A stretch of DNA of 64,000 bases from Sphingopyxis sp. (lineage in GTDB: Bacteria; Pseudomonadota; Alphaproteobacteria; Sphingomonadales; Sphingomonadaceae), in the NCBI GenBank assembly GCA_041939405.1, contig JBGTUD010000003.1, positions 4,657-68,656 of the forward strand, given 5' to 3'. A model generated the notes under the pieces. The model made no database searches, was not told the DNA's origin, and was given only the letters and a program-made list of their open reading frames with translations. Below are positions 50,101 to 60,317 of this stretch, piece after piece (position 1 is the first letter of the stretch; each line of letters begins with the position of its first letter). A program made the position numbers and the translations under genes.

Positions 50101-51142
50101 AAGATGCCGATTGCCGCGCCGCGGCGGCACGCAACCCCTCTCGATAATCGTCATCGTCCTTAATCCGGCCGATGGCGGTGGCCCATGCCTCTGGATCGTC
50201 CGCCGGCGCATAAACTGCCGCGTCGGCGCATATTTCGGGAAGCGCACCGTGCGGGGCAACGATCGCGGGGCAACCCGTGGTCATCGCCTCGAGCGGCGGC
50301 AGCCCAAAACCTTCGGTCAGCGATGGAAAGGCGATACAGAGCGCATGGCCGTATAAGGAACGCAGCTCGGCATCGCTTACGCGCCCCGCGAAAACGACGT
50401 TGTCCGGAACCATATGGCCCGCCGCGGCGAAGTCCCCGGCGTGCGCAGAGCCGAACAGCACCAGCCGGACCTGCTTTAGCTCGTTCCGCGAAAAAGCCCT
50501 GAGCAGCAGGCCGACATTCTTGTGGGGCTGCGTATTGGCGAGCGCGACGACAAAGGGGTCGCCGCCGAGCGCGAGACGATCGAGAATCCGATCGTCGGGC
50601 GCCGTCGACAGCACATGATCGACGCCGTTATGAACCACGGCGGTACGATCGAGACCCGCGACGCCGACCCGCTCAAGCTGCTCGCGCGAAAAATGTGACA
50701 CGGTCAATATCCGGCGATGGCGGCGCCCGCTGATCGGCTGGTGCAGCCGGTACCAGATCCGGAATGGACGTGAATAGCTGTCGGGGGCCAGATGCACTTG
50801 CGCATCGTGAAACATCGTAACGGCGTTGCGGGTCAGCATCGGCCCGACGTTGCAGAGGCTGACGACCGTTCTGCCCCGCGCACGCACGGGCAGCGTCAGC
50901 TGTTCCCAGAGGTTTCCGGTCAGGGGTCGGACGATGCGGTACGGCATGCCCATCCGCTTGGCGTTCACTTCCGCATTACGGGGAATCCAGATCATCAGAT
51001 CGATCCGTCGCGCGATTTCCGGGTCCTCATCGATCAGGCGCTTGGCGTGACGGATCAGTTCCTCGGCCACCCGGTGCACGCCCGTGGGGATGCCGGACAG
51101 AAACTTGCCGTTGATGACCACTTTCCGGGGATTTGAAGCCAA
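50048..51142 (-). CDS. GT4 glycosyltransferase
   Basis: INGKFLS..TGVHRVA, WEQ, PHKN, EGFGLPPLEAM. Confidence 0.9.
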   Translation of the reverse strand: MASNPRKVVINGKFLSGIPTGVHRVAEELIRHAKRLIDEDPEIARRIDLMIWIPRNAEVNAKRMGMPYRIVRPLTGNLWEQLTLPVRARGRTVVSLCNVGPMLTRNAVTMFHDAQVHLAPDSYSRPFRIWYRLHQPISGRRHRRILTVSHFSREQLERVGVAGLDRTAVVHNGVDHVLSTAPDDRILDRLALGGDPFVVALANTQPHKNVGLLLRAFSRNELKQVRLVLFGSAHAGDFAAAGHMVPDNVVFAGRVSDAELRSLYGHALCIAFPSLTEGFGLPPLEAMTTGCPAIVAPHGALPEICADAAVYAPADDPEAWATAIGRIKDDDDYREGLRAAAARQSASFTWRRAASQLVEELLNL

Positions 51143-51196
51143 GGCCTGCTCCGTCGTTTCGACTCGCCGATGGCGCGGCGGCGCCTGCCGAGATTA

Positions 51197-51253
51197 TGCT
51201 GCACCTGCGAAATGATGCAACCGCCTGAGCCGAATTATGTTGCAACGCAACAT
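51197..51253. promoter_or_regulatory. TGCTGCACCTGCGAAATGATG plus palindrome ATGTTGC-AAC-GCAACAT
   Basis: The 21-mer is identical to 61886-61906. Perfect 7-bp arms at 51237-51253. Confidence 0.65.
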
Positions 51254-51299
51254 CGCTGTGATAGCGTTGAAACCGGCGTTTCAGGAGTGTCTCGCGATC

Positions 51300-52766
51300 G
51301 TGTTTCAAGCGGCGGGCAGCATATGGCGGCAGCTTCGATCGACGGCAGGCCGATCGACCCTTGCCGGCGGCCTGTTCCTCGCTCGCGTCTATGCCCAGAT
51401 CGTACAGTTCGCCTTCTTTCTCGTCGTCGCGCGTTTTATCGGCGTCGCCGATTTCGGTACCTTCAGCCTGCTCTTCGCTTTTGCGCTCGGTCTGTCGCTG
51501 CTCGCGGAGGGCGGGTGGCGCGAATATCTGATCTGCCACGACGAAGAGCCGCTGATACGCCGAAGCTATGGCTTGGCGATCACGATCTCGACTGCAATCT
51601 TCGTCCTGATCGCAAGCATCGCCATCCTGTTCTGGCTGATAGGCCCGCACGCGCGCCTCGCCCCGACGATATTCGCGCTTGCGCTCTGGGTCCCGTTCCG
51701 CAGTCTCGCGACGCTCGAAGCCGGACGGCTGACCAAAGCGGGGCATATTCACCGGATCTCGATCGCTTCGATCGTTTCCGAAACCGCCGGCTGCCTCGCG
51801 GGTCTCGCCGCACTCTGGGCGGGTCAGGGCATATTGGCGCTCGGCGTATCGAAACTCGTGCTCGAAGCGACCGCGCTGATCTGGCTGATGCGTGGGCAGG
51901 AGCGCGTCCGATGCCAGTGGCGACGGCAACCGCATGACCGCGAGATGATGGCGTTTGCCGGCCAGATTCTCGTCGGGCGCTTTGCCTCCTTTCTCAGCGG
52001 CAATTCATCGGTCTTTGTCATCGGTTTCGGGCTCAGCCCCGTCGCGGTCGGTTTCTATCGCGCGTCGACCCGCGTGGCCGGCGCTGCGGCCGAAGCGCTG
52101 CGCGAACCGGCGCGCGTGATCTTCTGGTCGACGATGAAAAAGGCCGATGGCGAGGATCGCCGCGCGGCGCGAGTGCGGAGCGCGGAAAACTCGGCCTGGT
52201 ATCTTTTCTGCGTCGCGGCGCCGGTTTTCGTCCTGATGGCAGAATTGTCCGAACCGCTGATCCTGACGCTGCTCGGTGAGCGGTGGGTGCCCGCCGCCCC
52301 GATCATTTCGATCCTTGCCGTCGCCTATCTCATCGGCTTCATCACGACGCTGAGCGAACCGGTCTTTTCGCTCGACAATCAGCCGGGCCGCGCGCGCGAG
52401 CTCGCTATCTCCGCCGCGATCATGTCGGTCGTGGCAACGATACTTGCTGTCCCCTTCGGACTCCATGCCGTCGCGTGGGCACAACTCGGGGCAAATGTGC
52501 TGATCGCAACGGTCACCCTATGGTCGCTCCGCGTCCATGGCGACTTTGCTTCCTATCGTTTGCTGAGGCGGCTGGCCGCGCCGGCGGCGGGTGTCTTTGC
52601 GATGGTGCTCGCACTCTGGTTCCTTGAAAGCCGTGGCGCGGTAAACGCGTTGCCGCATATCCTCCAGATACTCGCGCTCGGCACCGCGGGAATCCTTATT
52701 TACGCGGTCGTCACAGGCGTATTCATCCTGAACGCAGTCCACCGGCGTACCGTCCCCGCCCGCTGA
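51300..52766 (+). CDS. wzx: Oligosaccharide flippase
   Basis: Polytopic; ARFIGVADFG, VGFYRAS, LLGERWVPAAPII. GTG 51300 preferred because ATG 51237 lies inside the operator. Confidence 0.85.
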   Translation: MFQAAGSIWRQLRSTAGRSTLAGGLFLARVYAQIVQFAFFLVVARFIGVADFGTFSLLFAFALGLSLLAEGGWREYLICHDEEPLIRRSYGLAITISTAIFVLIASIAILFWLIGPHARLAPTIFALALWVPFRSLATLEAGRLTKAGHIHRISIASIVSETAGCLAGLAALWAGQGILALGVSKLVLEATALIWLMRGQERVRCQWRRQPHDREMMAFAGQILVGRFASFLSGNSSVFVIGFGLSPVAVGFYRASTRVAGAAAEALREPARVIFWSTMKKADGEDRRAARVRSAENSAWYLFCVAAPVFVLMAELSEPLILTLLGERWVPAAPIISILAVAYLIGFITTLSEPVFSLDNQPGRARELAISAAIMSVVATILAVPFGLHAVAWAQLGANVLIATVTLWSLRVHGDFASYRLLRRLAAPAAGVFAMVLALWFLESRGAVNALPHILQILALGTAGILIYAVVTGVFILNAVHRRTVPAR

Positions 52767-52775
52767 CCCCATGCC

Positions 52776-53720
52776 TCAAAGCCTGACGAGAATATCGTCG
52801 ATGCCAAGCCTTGCCGAGGTCGCAACCGCGAAGTTCGCGGGATAATGCCCAACCGCAATATAGACGATGATATTCTGGGTTGGCGGCAGGCGCATCAGCT
52901 TGCGAGCCGCGATGTCGCGACTGGGATCGACACTCCAGTTGAGCATACAGGTGCCAAGGCCCTGCGCATGCAATGCGTAGACGAGTGACATGGCGAACAG
53001 GCCGCCGTCGATCCAGCATTGATAGCGCTCGGCCGCGCTGACGAAATTGCGCAGTTCGGAAGTCACGATCAAAAGTTCGGCGATGTCGTCGCCAAAGCCG
53101 CGGTTCCCGCCCTGCACCTCGAGCAATTGCCGACGCAGATCCGGGTCGACGATGTGATAGGCTTTGGCCGACTGCCGGTTACAGACCGACGGCGTGCGTT
53201 CGGCCGCGCGAACGGCAGCGTCGATCGCCGCCGGATCGACGGCTTCCTTCGAAAACTGGCGCAGCGAATGTCGCGAATGCGCGAATGCCGCAAAATCGAT
53301 CTGCGCACGCTCCCGGACCGACGCCGCATCGAGCTGGATCGTCGCGCGCTCGGCTTCGGCGAAATCGTCGGCGGCCAGGAATTTTCCGAGATCGTCATGC
53401 GGCACGCCATGGCTGCGCCCGGTTTGCTCGTAATCGGCGAGCGCCGCGCGCGCGAGCCGCGTGACCCGATCGGCACCGAAACGCCGTTCATAGATGGCGA
53501 TATCACGGATCAGACGGGCGACGACATCCTTCCCGAAGCCGGGTCGCGATTGGGGCAGTGCCAAGCCCTTTTCGATCCGATGCGCGTCCATCTTTATCGA
53601 CGCCGCCAACCGCGCACTTTCGGACTCGCGATCGAACATCGACGAAAAGCGGAAATAGCGAAACGCATCGTAAAAGAGGTTGCGGTTCAATTTCGCGAAG
53701 GACTTGGCGACGGCAAGCAT
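52776..53720 (-). CDS. Nitroreductase family protein
   Basis: AHRIEKGL N-domain, SRHSLRQF, TPSVCNRQ, IDGGLFAMSL, GLGTCMLNW. TGATG-coupled to the upstream gene. Confidence 0.85.
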   Translation of the reverse strand: MLAVAKSFAKLNRNLFYDAFRYFRFSSMFDRESESARLAASIKMDAHRIEKGLALPQSRPGFGKDVVARLIRDIAIYERRFGADRVTRLARAALADYEQTGRSHGVPHDDLGKFLAADDFAEAERATIQLDAASVRERAQIDFAAFAHSRHSLRQFSKEAVDPAAIDAAVRAAERTPSVCNRQSAKAYHIVDPDLRRQLLEVQGGNRGFGDDIAELLIVTSELRNFVSAAERYQCWIDGGLFAMSLVYALHAQGLGTCMLNWSVDPSRDIAARKLMRLPPTQNIIVYIAVGHYPANFAVATSARLGIDDILVRL

Positions 53721-55099
53721 CAGGCACCGGCTCCGAAATTCTGCTCCGCAGCCGTACGCACGAGCGGTTTGGCCTCGGCCACCCGAGCCCGGATCATGTC
53801 GAGGCGATCGACGAAATCGGCAAGGCGCGCGGGGATGTCATGTCCCGGCTGCATGATCTCGGCAGCGGTGCACAGCGTATCGGTCGGGAGGCCGAAATGG
53901 TTGAGCAGCCCCTCCATCTTGTCCTTGTAATCGATACCGAAAACCGGTGTCCCCGCCCCCATCGCAGCTATCATAAGGTGCATCCGCCCTGAAATAACGC
54001 CGTCGAGATCGGCAACCACGGCCTTGATCTCGTCGGCCGAAAGCCGATCATCGGGATAGTAGATATGCGCCGCGCCCAAGCGTTCGACCAGCCGATCATG
54101 GGCCGGGCGCAGGCAAATGGCGTCGGCCGACGATCCGCGATTGTCGTGGTCGACCATCAGCAAGGCGACTTCGCGCTGTGCGGCGAAATCCGCGACCGCC
54201 TCGACGAAGGTGCCCAGAAACCGATCGAGCTCGTGGCGCTCTGCCAGTTCGAGCAGCAAGGGGTGACAATTGAGCCCCAGTATGACGCGCCCCGCCTGCC
54301 GCTGCGCCGCGATCCAGCCGCCGATACGCTCGGTCAGTTCCGACGCTCTTGGCTCGAGCAGGAAAGCGACATCGGCGACGAGGTTCGCGGGCGCGGTCGA
54401 GGCCGCCCTGAACCGGGCGAACGACACGGGATCGCGCAGGTTGATCCGGACCGATCGATCGAGCGCATCGAACAGGCGCACAACGCGCGGATGGAAATCC
54501 TGACTGACGCTGAAACCGGTGATGTAGCTGTCCGCCCCGCCGCGCGCGAGGAGGTCGAGGAGCATGAGCTGCCGTCCGGAGAAGGCAACATTGTAACTGC
54601 CGTCGAGCACGTCCGCGCCCATCACGACGACCGTTCCGATATCGCTCGCCCGAACCTGTTCAAGCGCCGATTCAAAGGTCGAGGCCGGAGTCAGAAGTCG
54701 TAGTGGAACGAGGCCGAGGGCGTGCGCTGCGCCGGCCGCCCGATCGGTGGCGACCGCCACGCTGAACCGCGCCCGCGGAATCGACTGGCGCCAGTAGGCG
54801 ACGATCGCGCCCAGCATTGCCTGATCGCCGGTTGACGAAGTGAGCAGTTCTGGATCGGAGGGGATGATCAGGATGTTCGCGACGTTCCCCGCTGCACGCA
54901 CCACCTTCGCCTGCGCCGCCTGCCATTCCTGTTCGAGCATCCGGAAGCGCCGTTCCAGCACCAGCTTGCGGATCCCGAAATTGCGCCAGGCATATTTCAG
55001 CAGACCGACTTTCTCGGCTTGCGGAGCATTGCTTTTCGGCTGGAGCAACATCGGATCGGCTACCTTTGAATCGGTGGTGGTTGGTACGGACGGCCCCAT
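53720..55099 (-). CDS. Polysaccharide pyruvyl transferase family protein
   Basis: STGDQAM, NLRDPVS, ADVAF, SGRMH, IDYKDKM. Confidence 0.85.
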   Translation of the reverse strand: MGPSVPTTTDSKVADPMLLQPKSNAPQAEKVGLLKYAWRNFGIRKLVLERRFRMLEQEWQAAQAKVVRAAGNVANILIIPSDPELLTSSTGDQAMLGAIVAYWRQSIPRARFSVAVATDRAAGAAHALGLVPLRLLTPASTFESALEQVRASDIGTVVVMGADVLDGSYNVAFSGRQLMLLDLLARGGADSYITGFSVSQDFHPRVVRLFDALDRSVRINLRDPVSFARFRAASTAPANLVADVAFLLEPRASELTERIGGWIAAQRQAGRVILGLNCHPLLLELAERHELDRFLGTFVEAVADFAAQREVALLMVDHDNRGSSADAICLRPAHDRLVERLGAAHIYYPDDRLSADEIKAVVADLDGVISGRMHLMIAAMGAGTPVFGIDYKDKMEGLLNHFGLPTDTLCTAAEIMQPGHDIPARLADFVDRLDMIRARVAEAKPLVRTAAEQNFGAGA

Positions 55100-55124
55100 T
55101 GGTCGCGACCGGCGCCGCGGGAGG

Positions 55125-56012
55125 TTACAAGGCTTCGATCCTTTCCGGTGTCAGCCTGCCGCGCAGCGCGTCGAATAGGCCGAGCCAATTGCCGCGCACG
55201 CGCCCTGCCCGGTCAACCCATGGCTCCGGATTTAGTACGCGCGCGTGATTCGCCAATAAATTGCCGATGATGATGCGCAGGGCAAAGCCGGTACGCATCG
55301 TTCCCTTGTCGGCGAGATAAAGGGGGTTGATGATCTGCGAATAGCCAAGACGAACGCCCGATGCGCGGCCTCCCTTGACCCCTTGGTGTACCCCGGCGAA
55401 CGCGTGAGTCTGGACCAGCCTGCCCCGCCCGAGCAACTGCGCCGCGAAATCGATATCTTCCTGCCAACCATAAAGTTTGAGCCGTTCATCGAACCAGATG
55501 CCCTCGATCATCCGGCGGCGATAGGTCATGTTACAGCCGTAGAGTCCTTTCAGATCCCTGCGGATGGACATGTCGGGCGCAGACGTCGCGCTATCGTGGC
55601 GGGATATGAGTTCTTCCGCCTGCGCGGTGGCGATGCCGGACGTATTGATCCCGTCGGCGAGAAGAAGCCCGTTTGCTCCCGCGACATCGGGATGGGCAGC
55701 AAAGAAGCTGGCGACATGTTCGATGCAGCGTCGCGACGGGATATAATCATCATCGAAAAAGGCGACGATGTCGGCATCGGCGCCCAGGTTCCGCAACCCC
55801 GTGTTCCGCTGGGCAGGAAGGCCCTTGGGGCCGATAACATGCGAAACGCCGGGATAGGCGTCGAGATCGGGCGGCAAATCTTCCCTCGATGCGACCGACA
55901 ACAGGATCGCGGCGGGAGATTGGCTCTGGCTCGAAAAATGACGAAGTGCGGTAGCGAGATTGGCAGGTCGCCCGGTGCTGGCGATGATAACAGCAACCTC
56001 GAGCCGGGCCAT
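55125..56012 (-). CDS. GT2 glycosyltransferase
   Basis: VIIASTGRP, GLPAQRN, FFDDD, YGCNM, EDIDF. Confidence 0.88.
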   Translation of the reverse strand: MARLEVAVIIASTGRPANLATALRHFSSQSQSPAAILLSVASREDLPPDLDAYPGVSHVIGPKGLPAQRNTGLRNLGADADIVAFFDDDYIPSRRCIEHVASFFAAHPDVAGANGLLLADGINTSGIATAQAEELISRHDSATSAPDMSIRRDLKGLYGCNMTYRRRMIEGIWFDERLKLYGWQEDIDFAAQLLGRGRLVQTHAFAGVHQGVKGGRASGVRLGYSQIINPLYLADKGTMRTGFALRIIIGNLLANHARVLNPEPWVDRAGRVRGNWLGLFDALRGRLTPERIEAL

Positions 56013-56203
56013 CGCTTCAGCCCTCCCGCACCGACGGGAGGGGGACGCGTTGCCGGTACGAGATCGCGCAATGGGCGCGCGGAACGGTGTGATCTGCGCG
56101 AACCGAGAAGGGCCGCATGGGCCCATTTTCCACCTGGGTTATCATGGCCTGGTTCAAGGGGAGAGCTCCCAGACGACTATCGCCTCATGCTAATGCCGAC
56201 TCG

Positions 56204-56219
56204 TTGTGCGATGCAACAT
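56204..56219. promoter_or_regulatory. TTGTGCGATGCAACAT box (second copy TTGTTGCATTGCAATAT at 56378-56394)
   Basis: TGC-N3-GCA cores in a divergent intergenic region. Confidence 0.6.
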
Positions 56220-56484
56220 ATTTATGCGCGTCGGGGCGATCGAAGCCCGCTGGTACCGGATCGGGACAAATCTCTCTGAACCAGATATCATCTCAAGCAT
56301 CTGAATCATTGAGTTAAATTATTCAACTTATATTCCCCGGCGATCAAATTTTGGGCAGCGGCCGCTCCGGACGCATTTTGTTGCATTGCAATATTTTTTT
56401 GGATGTGTCACACTCCTGGAGTGATCTTGAAGGGGGCTCTCCGCACGGGTGGAGGGCCGGAATTTTTTGGTCGATCGGGGTCCG

Positions 56485-57726
56485 ATGGCACGATTTGCGA
56501 TCCAGAACCGGAGATTTCACGTGGCAGCGGCGCTAATCCTGCTTGTCGCGCTCACCAGTTTTACGAGCGGGCCCGCTCCAATATCGCCCAGCCTTTCCCC
56601 CGCGCCCGCCTGGGTCGATACGGACAAGCGGCGCGCGCGGGATCTTCCGCTTCCCGAGCCGCTCCTCTTCAGCGACATCGATCCGCAATCTGCGCGTACG
56701 ATCAATGCCGCCATCCCCTTCAGCACCAACCCGTTGCACGCGGCTCGCGCCTTCGCTTTCGCGGGCGACAATGCCAGTCGCGACAAGGCGGTCGACTGCC
56801 TTGCCGCCGCAATGTGGTACGAGGCGGGCGACGACGACGCAGGCCAGCGCGCAGTCGCTCAGGTCGTGCTCAACCGTGTCCGGCATCCCGCCTTCCCCGC
56901 GACAATCTGCGGCGCGGTCTTTCAGGGCAGCGAGCGGACCACGGGATGCCAATTCACTTTCACCTGTGACGGGGCACTGCGGCGTGTGCCGTCGGATCGG
57001 GCCTGGACCGAAGCGCGTGCGCGGGCGCGGGCGGCGCTGACCGGCGATGTTTATGCACCGGTCGGCCTTGCCACTCATTACCACACCGACTGGGTTCATC
57101 CGATCTGGAGCGCAAAGCTTGAAAAGATCGCACAGGTCGACACCCATCTTTTCTTCCGCTGGAGCGGAAAGTGGGGCCAGCCCGGGGCGATGCGACAGAG
57201 CTATGCCGCGCACGAGATGCCGGTTGCCAGACTCGCTGCCATTTCCTTGCCGCACCGTGCAGCTCTCTCTGATGCGGAGATCCTGCTCGCCGAGGCGCAG
57301 TCGAGTTTGGGAACTGCGGGGCCCACGGGCTCCGAAAGCGCGGATAGCCTTGCCTCATCCTCGCCTGCCGACCCGGTACCGGTACCCGAGGGCGTGTATT
57401 TCATAAATGCCCGCGGCGAAGGCCATGGCGGCGCGCTCGCGATGCAGGCGCTGAATGTCTGTGGCAGTCAGAATTTCTGCAAGGTCATCGGCTGGTTGGA
57501 CAACAGCGGACGCAGCCATGCCGTGCCCATGTTGGCGGCGGACCGCGAGGCGATCGCCTTTCTCTATGTCCGCGATCGCCGCACCGGTGTCGATCGCGCT
57601 TTCTGGAATTGTTCGCATTTCGAGCGGCAGAGCAGCAATCAGTGCCTGGGCGCCGACCGCGCCAGATGGATAGACTTCAACGGAAATTTCCAGTCGGACC
57701 GACGATCCGGCGCGCAGAATATATGA
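56485..57726 (+). CDS. Cell wall hydrolase (SleB/Hydrolase_2 family)
   Basis: CLAAAMWYEAG, AVAQVVLNRVRHP, CQFTFTCDG, ATHYHTDWV. Confidence 0.88.
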   Translation: MARFAIQNRRFHVAAALILLVALTSFTSGPAPISPSLSPAPAWVDTDKRRARDLPLPEPLLFSDIDPQSARTINAAIPFSTNPLHAARAFAFAGDNASRDKAVDCLAAAMWYEAGDDDAGQRAVAQVVLNRVRHPAFPATICGAVFQGSERTTGCQFTFTCDGALRRVPSDRAWTEARARARAALTGDVYAPVGLATHYHTDWVHPIWSAKLEKIAQVDTHLFFRWSGKWGQPGAMRQSYAAHEMPVARLAAISLPHRAALSDAEILLAEAQSSLGTAGPTGSESADSLASSSPADPVPVPEGVYFINARGEGHGGALAMQALNVCGSQNFCKVIGWLDNSGRSHAVPMLAADREAIAFLYVRDRRTGVDRAFWNCSHFERQSSNQCLGADRARWIDFNGNFQSDRRSGAQNI

Positions 57727-57771
57727 GAGAGGATCCAAGAGGCGGATAGATCATCAGGAGGTGTCCGCGTC

Positions 57772-58683
57772 GTGAAAAAGATCCGCAAGGCCGTCTTCCC
57801 CGTTGCCGGGCTGGGCACGCGCATTCTGCCTGCCACCAAGGCCATACCGAAGGAGATGCTCACGATCGTCGACAAGCCGCTGATCCAATATGCGGTCGAG
57901 GAGGCGCTGGAAGCCGGCATCGAACATTTCATCTTCGTCACCTCACGCGGGAAATCGTCGCTCGAGGATCATTTCGACATCGCTTTCGAACTTGAAGCGA
58001 CGCTGAACGCACGCGGAAAATCGCGTGCGCCGCTCGCACAGACGCGGCTCGAACCGGGAAGCGTTTCCTATGTTCGCCAACAAGAGCCGCTCGGCCTCGG
58101 CCATGCTATCTGGTGCGCGCGCGAGCTGGTCGGGAACGAACCCTTTGCCGTTCTCCTACCCGATGATCTGATGATCGGCGAACCCGGTTGCCTCGCCCAG
58201 ATGACGGCCGCGCACGCGGTACATGGCGGGAATATCATCTGTACACAGCGGATCGATCCCCAACATAGCCCGCGATACGGGATCGTCATTCCCGAAGAAA
58301 AAATCGGCATGGTGACGCGGATCAGCGGCATGGTGGAAAAGCCGGCGCCTGCCGAGGCCCCTTCGGACATGGGAATCGTCGGACGATATATCCTCGAACC
58401 CGACATCATGTCCTTGCTCGCGACACAGGAGCGCGGCTCCGGCGGCGAAATCCAGTTGACCGACGCGTTGGCGCGCGCCGCGGCGAAGGGCAGCAGCTTC
58501 GGATATAATTTCAGCGGCCGGCGATATGATTGCGGCGATGCGACCGGTTTCGTCATCGCCAATCTCGCGGTCGCCTTGTCACGCCCCGGAATGACCGGGC
58601 CGGTCGAGGATTTCTGGTCGGCGCAAATGCGCAGTCCCCTCGCCGACGCGATGGAAGCGGGGCAAAGCCATGCTGCATTATAG
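57772..58683 (+). CDS. galU: UTP-glucose-1-phosphate uridylyltransferase
   Basis: KAVFPVAGLGTRILPATKAIPKEML, GLGHA, VEKP, GEIQLTDA. Confidence 0.95.
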   Translation: MKKIRKAVFPVAGLGTRILPATKAIPKEMLTIVDKPLIQYAVEEALEAGIEHFIFVTSRGKSSLEDHFDIAFELEATLNARGKSRAPLAQTRLEPGSVSYVRQQEPLGLGHAIWCARELVGNEPFAVLLPDDLMIGEPGCLAQMTAAHAVHGGNIICTQRIDPQHSPRYGIVIPEEKIGMVTRISGMVEKPAPAEAPSDMGIVGRYILEPDIMSLLATQERGSGGEIQLTDALARAAAKGSSFGYNFSGRRYDCGDATGFVIANLAVALSRPGMTGPVEDFWSAQMRSPLADAMEAGQSHAAL

Positions 58684-59572
58684 CGGCATACCCATCGCGT
58701 CGTTGAAGCTCGACGCGCTCCGCGTCGAAAAGCCATGGGGCCGCCGCAACCTCCCTGCACCCTTCGCTGCGCCCGCGGGCGCGCTTGCCGAGCCTGTCGG
58801 CGAAATCTGGTTCGCGTTGCCCGGTCGGCCGCTGGACCTGATGGTCAAATATATTTTCACCAGCGAAAAATTGTCGATCCAGGTCCATCCATCGGACGAC
58901 CAAGCGCGCCGCGCCGGCCACCGGCAAGGCAAGGAAGAATGCTGGTATATTCTCGACGCCGAACCGGGGGCCAGCGTCGGCATCGGGACGAAATATCCGC
59001 TTGATGCGCAGGCACTTGCCGACGCCTGCCGCAGCGGCGAAATCGAGGGCCTGATGGATTGGATTCCGGTCAAACCCGGCGACTTCTTCTATATTCCCGC
59101 GGGCACCGTCCACGCGATCGGGGTCGGCATCTCGCTCGTCGAGATTCAGCAGAACGCCGACCTTACCTATCGGCTTTACGACTATGGCCGTCCACGCGAA
59201 CTGCATCTTGATCAGGGCGTCGAAGTCGCGGATGCACGCCCCTATCCGGCCGCCCTGCGCCGCAGAGTTTCAACCGCAGCTCCGGCGCTTCTGGTCGATG
59301 GTCCCAAGTTCAAACTCTCGATCGCACACGACGAAATCCCGCGGCTCGACGGCCGGGGCCCCTATTATGTCGTTCCGATTGAGGGGGAGCTGGAGACCGA
59401 CAACGGCGTGGCACGACCAGGAGACTGCGTCGTGACAGGCGACCCATCGCGTCTCGCGCCGTGCGACGGCGCGCGGATGTTTGTCGCGCGCAGCTGCGTC
59501 AGCGACGCAATGACGGCTTCGCTGACCATGAACAACAAGCGTTGGGAGGAACGACGAATATGCGAAGAATGA
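58670..59572 (+). CDS. manA: Type I mannose-6-phosphate isomerase
   Basis: EKPWG, GEIW, LSIQVHP, KEECW, PAGTVHAIG, EIQQ, TYRLYDYGRPRELH. Confidence 0.92.
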   Translation: MLHYSGIPIASLKLDALRVEKPWGRRNLPAPFAAPAGALAEPVGEIWFALPGRPLDLMVKYIFTSEKLSIQVHPSDDQARRAGHRQGKEECWYILDAEPGASVGIGTKYPLDAQALADACRSGEIEGLMDWIPVKPGDFFYIPAGTVHAIGVGISLVEIQQNADLTYRLYDYGRPRELHLDQGVEVADARPYPAALRRRVSTAAPALLVDGPKFKLSIAHDEIPRLDGRGPYYVVPIEGELETDNGVARPGDCVVTGDPSRLAPCDGARMFVARSCVSDAMTASLTMNNKRWEERRICEE

Positions 59573-60108
59573 TCCTGGCCATTGCCCTGCTTTTGCCGGG
59601 CTGTACATCCGCGGGCGCTCTGCCAACGCTCACCATGTCGCCCGAACAGGCGGTGTATCGGCTTGGAAGCGGTGACCAGCTGAAAATCACGGTATATGGC
59701 GAGGAACGGTTGACCGGCCTCTATCCGGTGAACGGCGAAGGCAAGATTTCCTTCCCGCTGGTGGATCAGGTCACGGCGGCCGGTCTATCGATCAGCGAGT
59801 TCGAAGCGGCGTTGACAAAGGCGCTCAGCGACGGACTGCTCAACAATCCCAATGTCGTCGTCGAAGTCACCAACTATCGCCCCTATTATATTCTGGGCGA
59901 GGTAGGAAAACCCGGCGAATATCCTTATGTCGATGGCCTGACCATCTTCAGCGCGGTCGCACGCGCGGGCGGATTTTCTTATCGTGCCACTCAAAAGAAA
60001 GTGTTCATTCGGCACAAGTCCGAACAGGAAGAAAAGCTCTATGCCGTCGACGGGGGTACGCCCGTCCAGCCCGGAGACACGATTCGCGTTCCGGAACGTA
60101 TTTTCTGA
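59560..60108 (+). CDS. wza: Polysaccharide export lipoprotein (Wza/GumB-like)
   Basis: Lipobox LLPGC, YRLGSGDQLKITVYGE, PYYILGEV..PG, AGGF. Confidence 0.9.
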   Translation: MRRMILAIALLLPGCTSAGALPTLTMSPEQAVYRLGSGDQLKITVYGEERLTGLYPVNGEGKISFPLVDQVTAAGLSISEFEAALTKALSDGLLNNPNVVVEVTNYRPYYILGEVGKPGEYPYVDGLTIFSAVARAGGFSYRATQKKVFIRHKSEQEEKLYAVDGGTPVQPGDTIRVPERIF

Positions 60109-60182
60109 ATGGTTTCATTGCCTCGCTTTGGGGCAGTTTACGGCGAAAATATTTAGAATCGGGCCTGCTCGGAGCACAAAAT

Positions 60183-60209
60183 ATGGTGCAGTGCAAAAAA
60201 ATGTTGACG
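60183..60209 (+). promoter_or_regulatory. ATGGTGCAGTGCAAAA box just upstream of a TTGACG -35
   Basis: Same box-then-TTGAC arrangement as at the precursor promoter. Confidence 0.5.
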
Positions 60210-60317
60210 GCCAGTTAGCTTTCCATAGAGTTGACGCTGCCAGCAAGAAATGGCCCGAGATGAAAAGGGACTGGGAGCGGACTTAAGCATAGCGTCATCT
60301 TCGACAGGGGAACGTTT

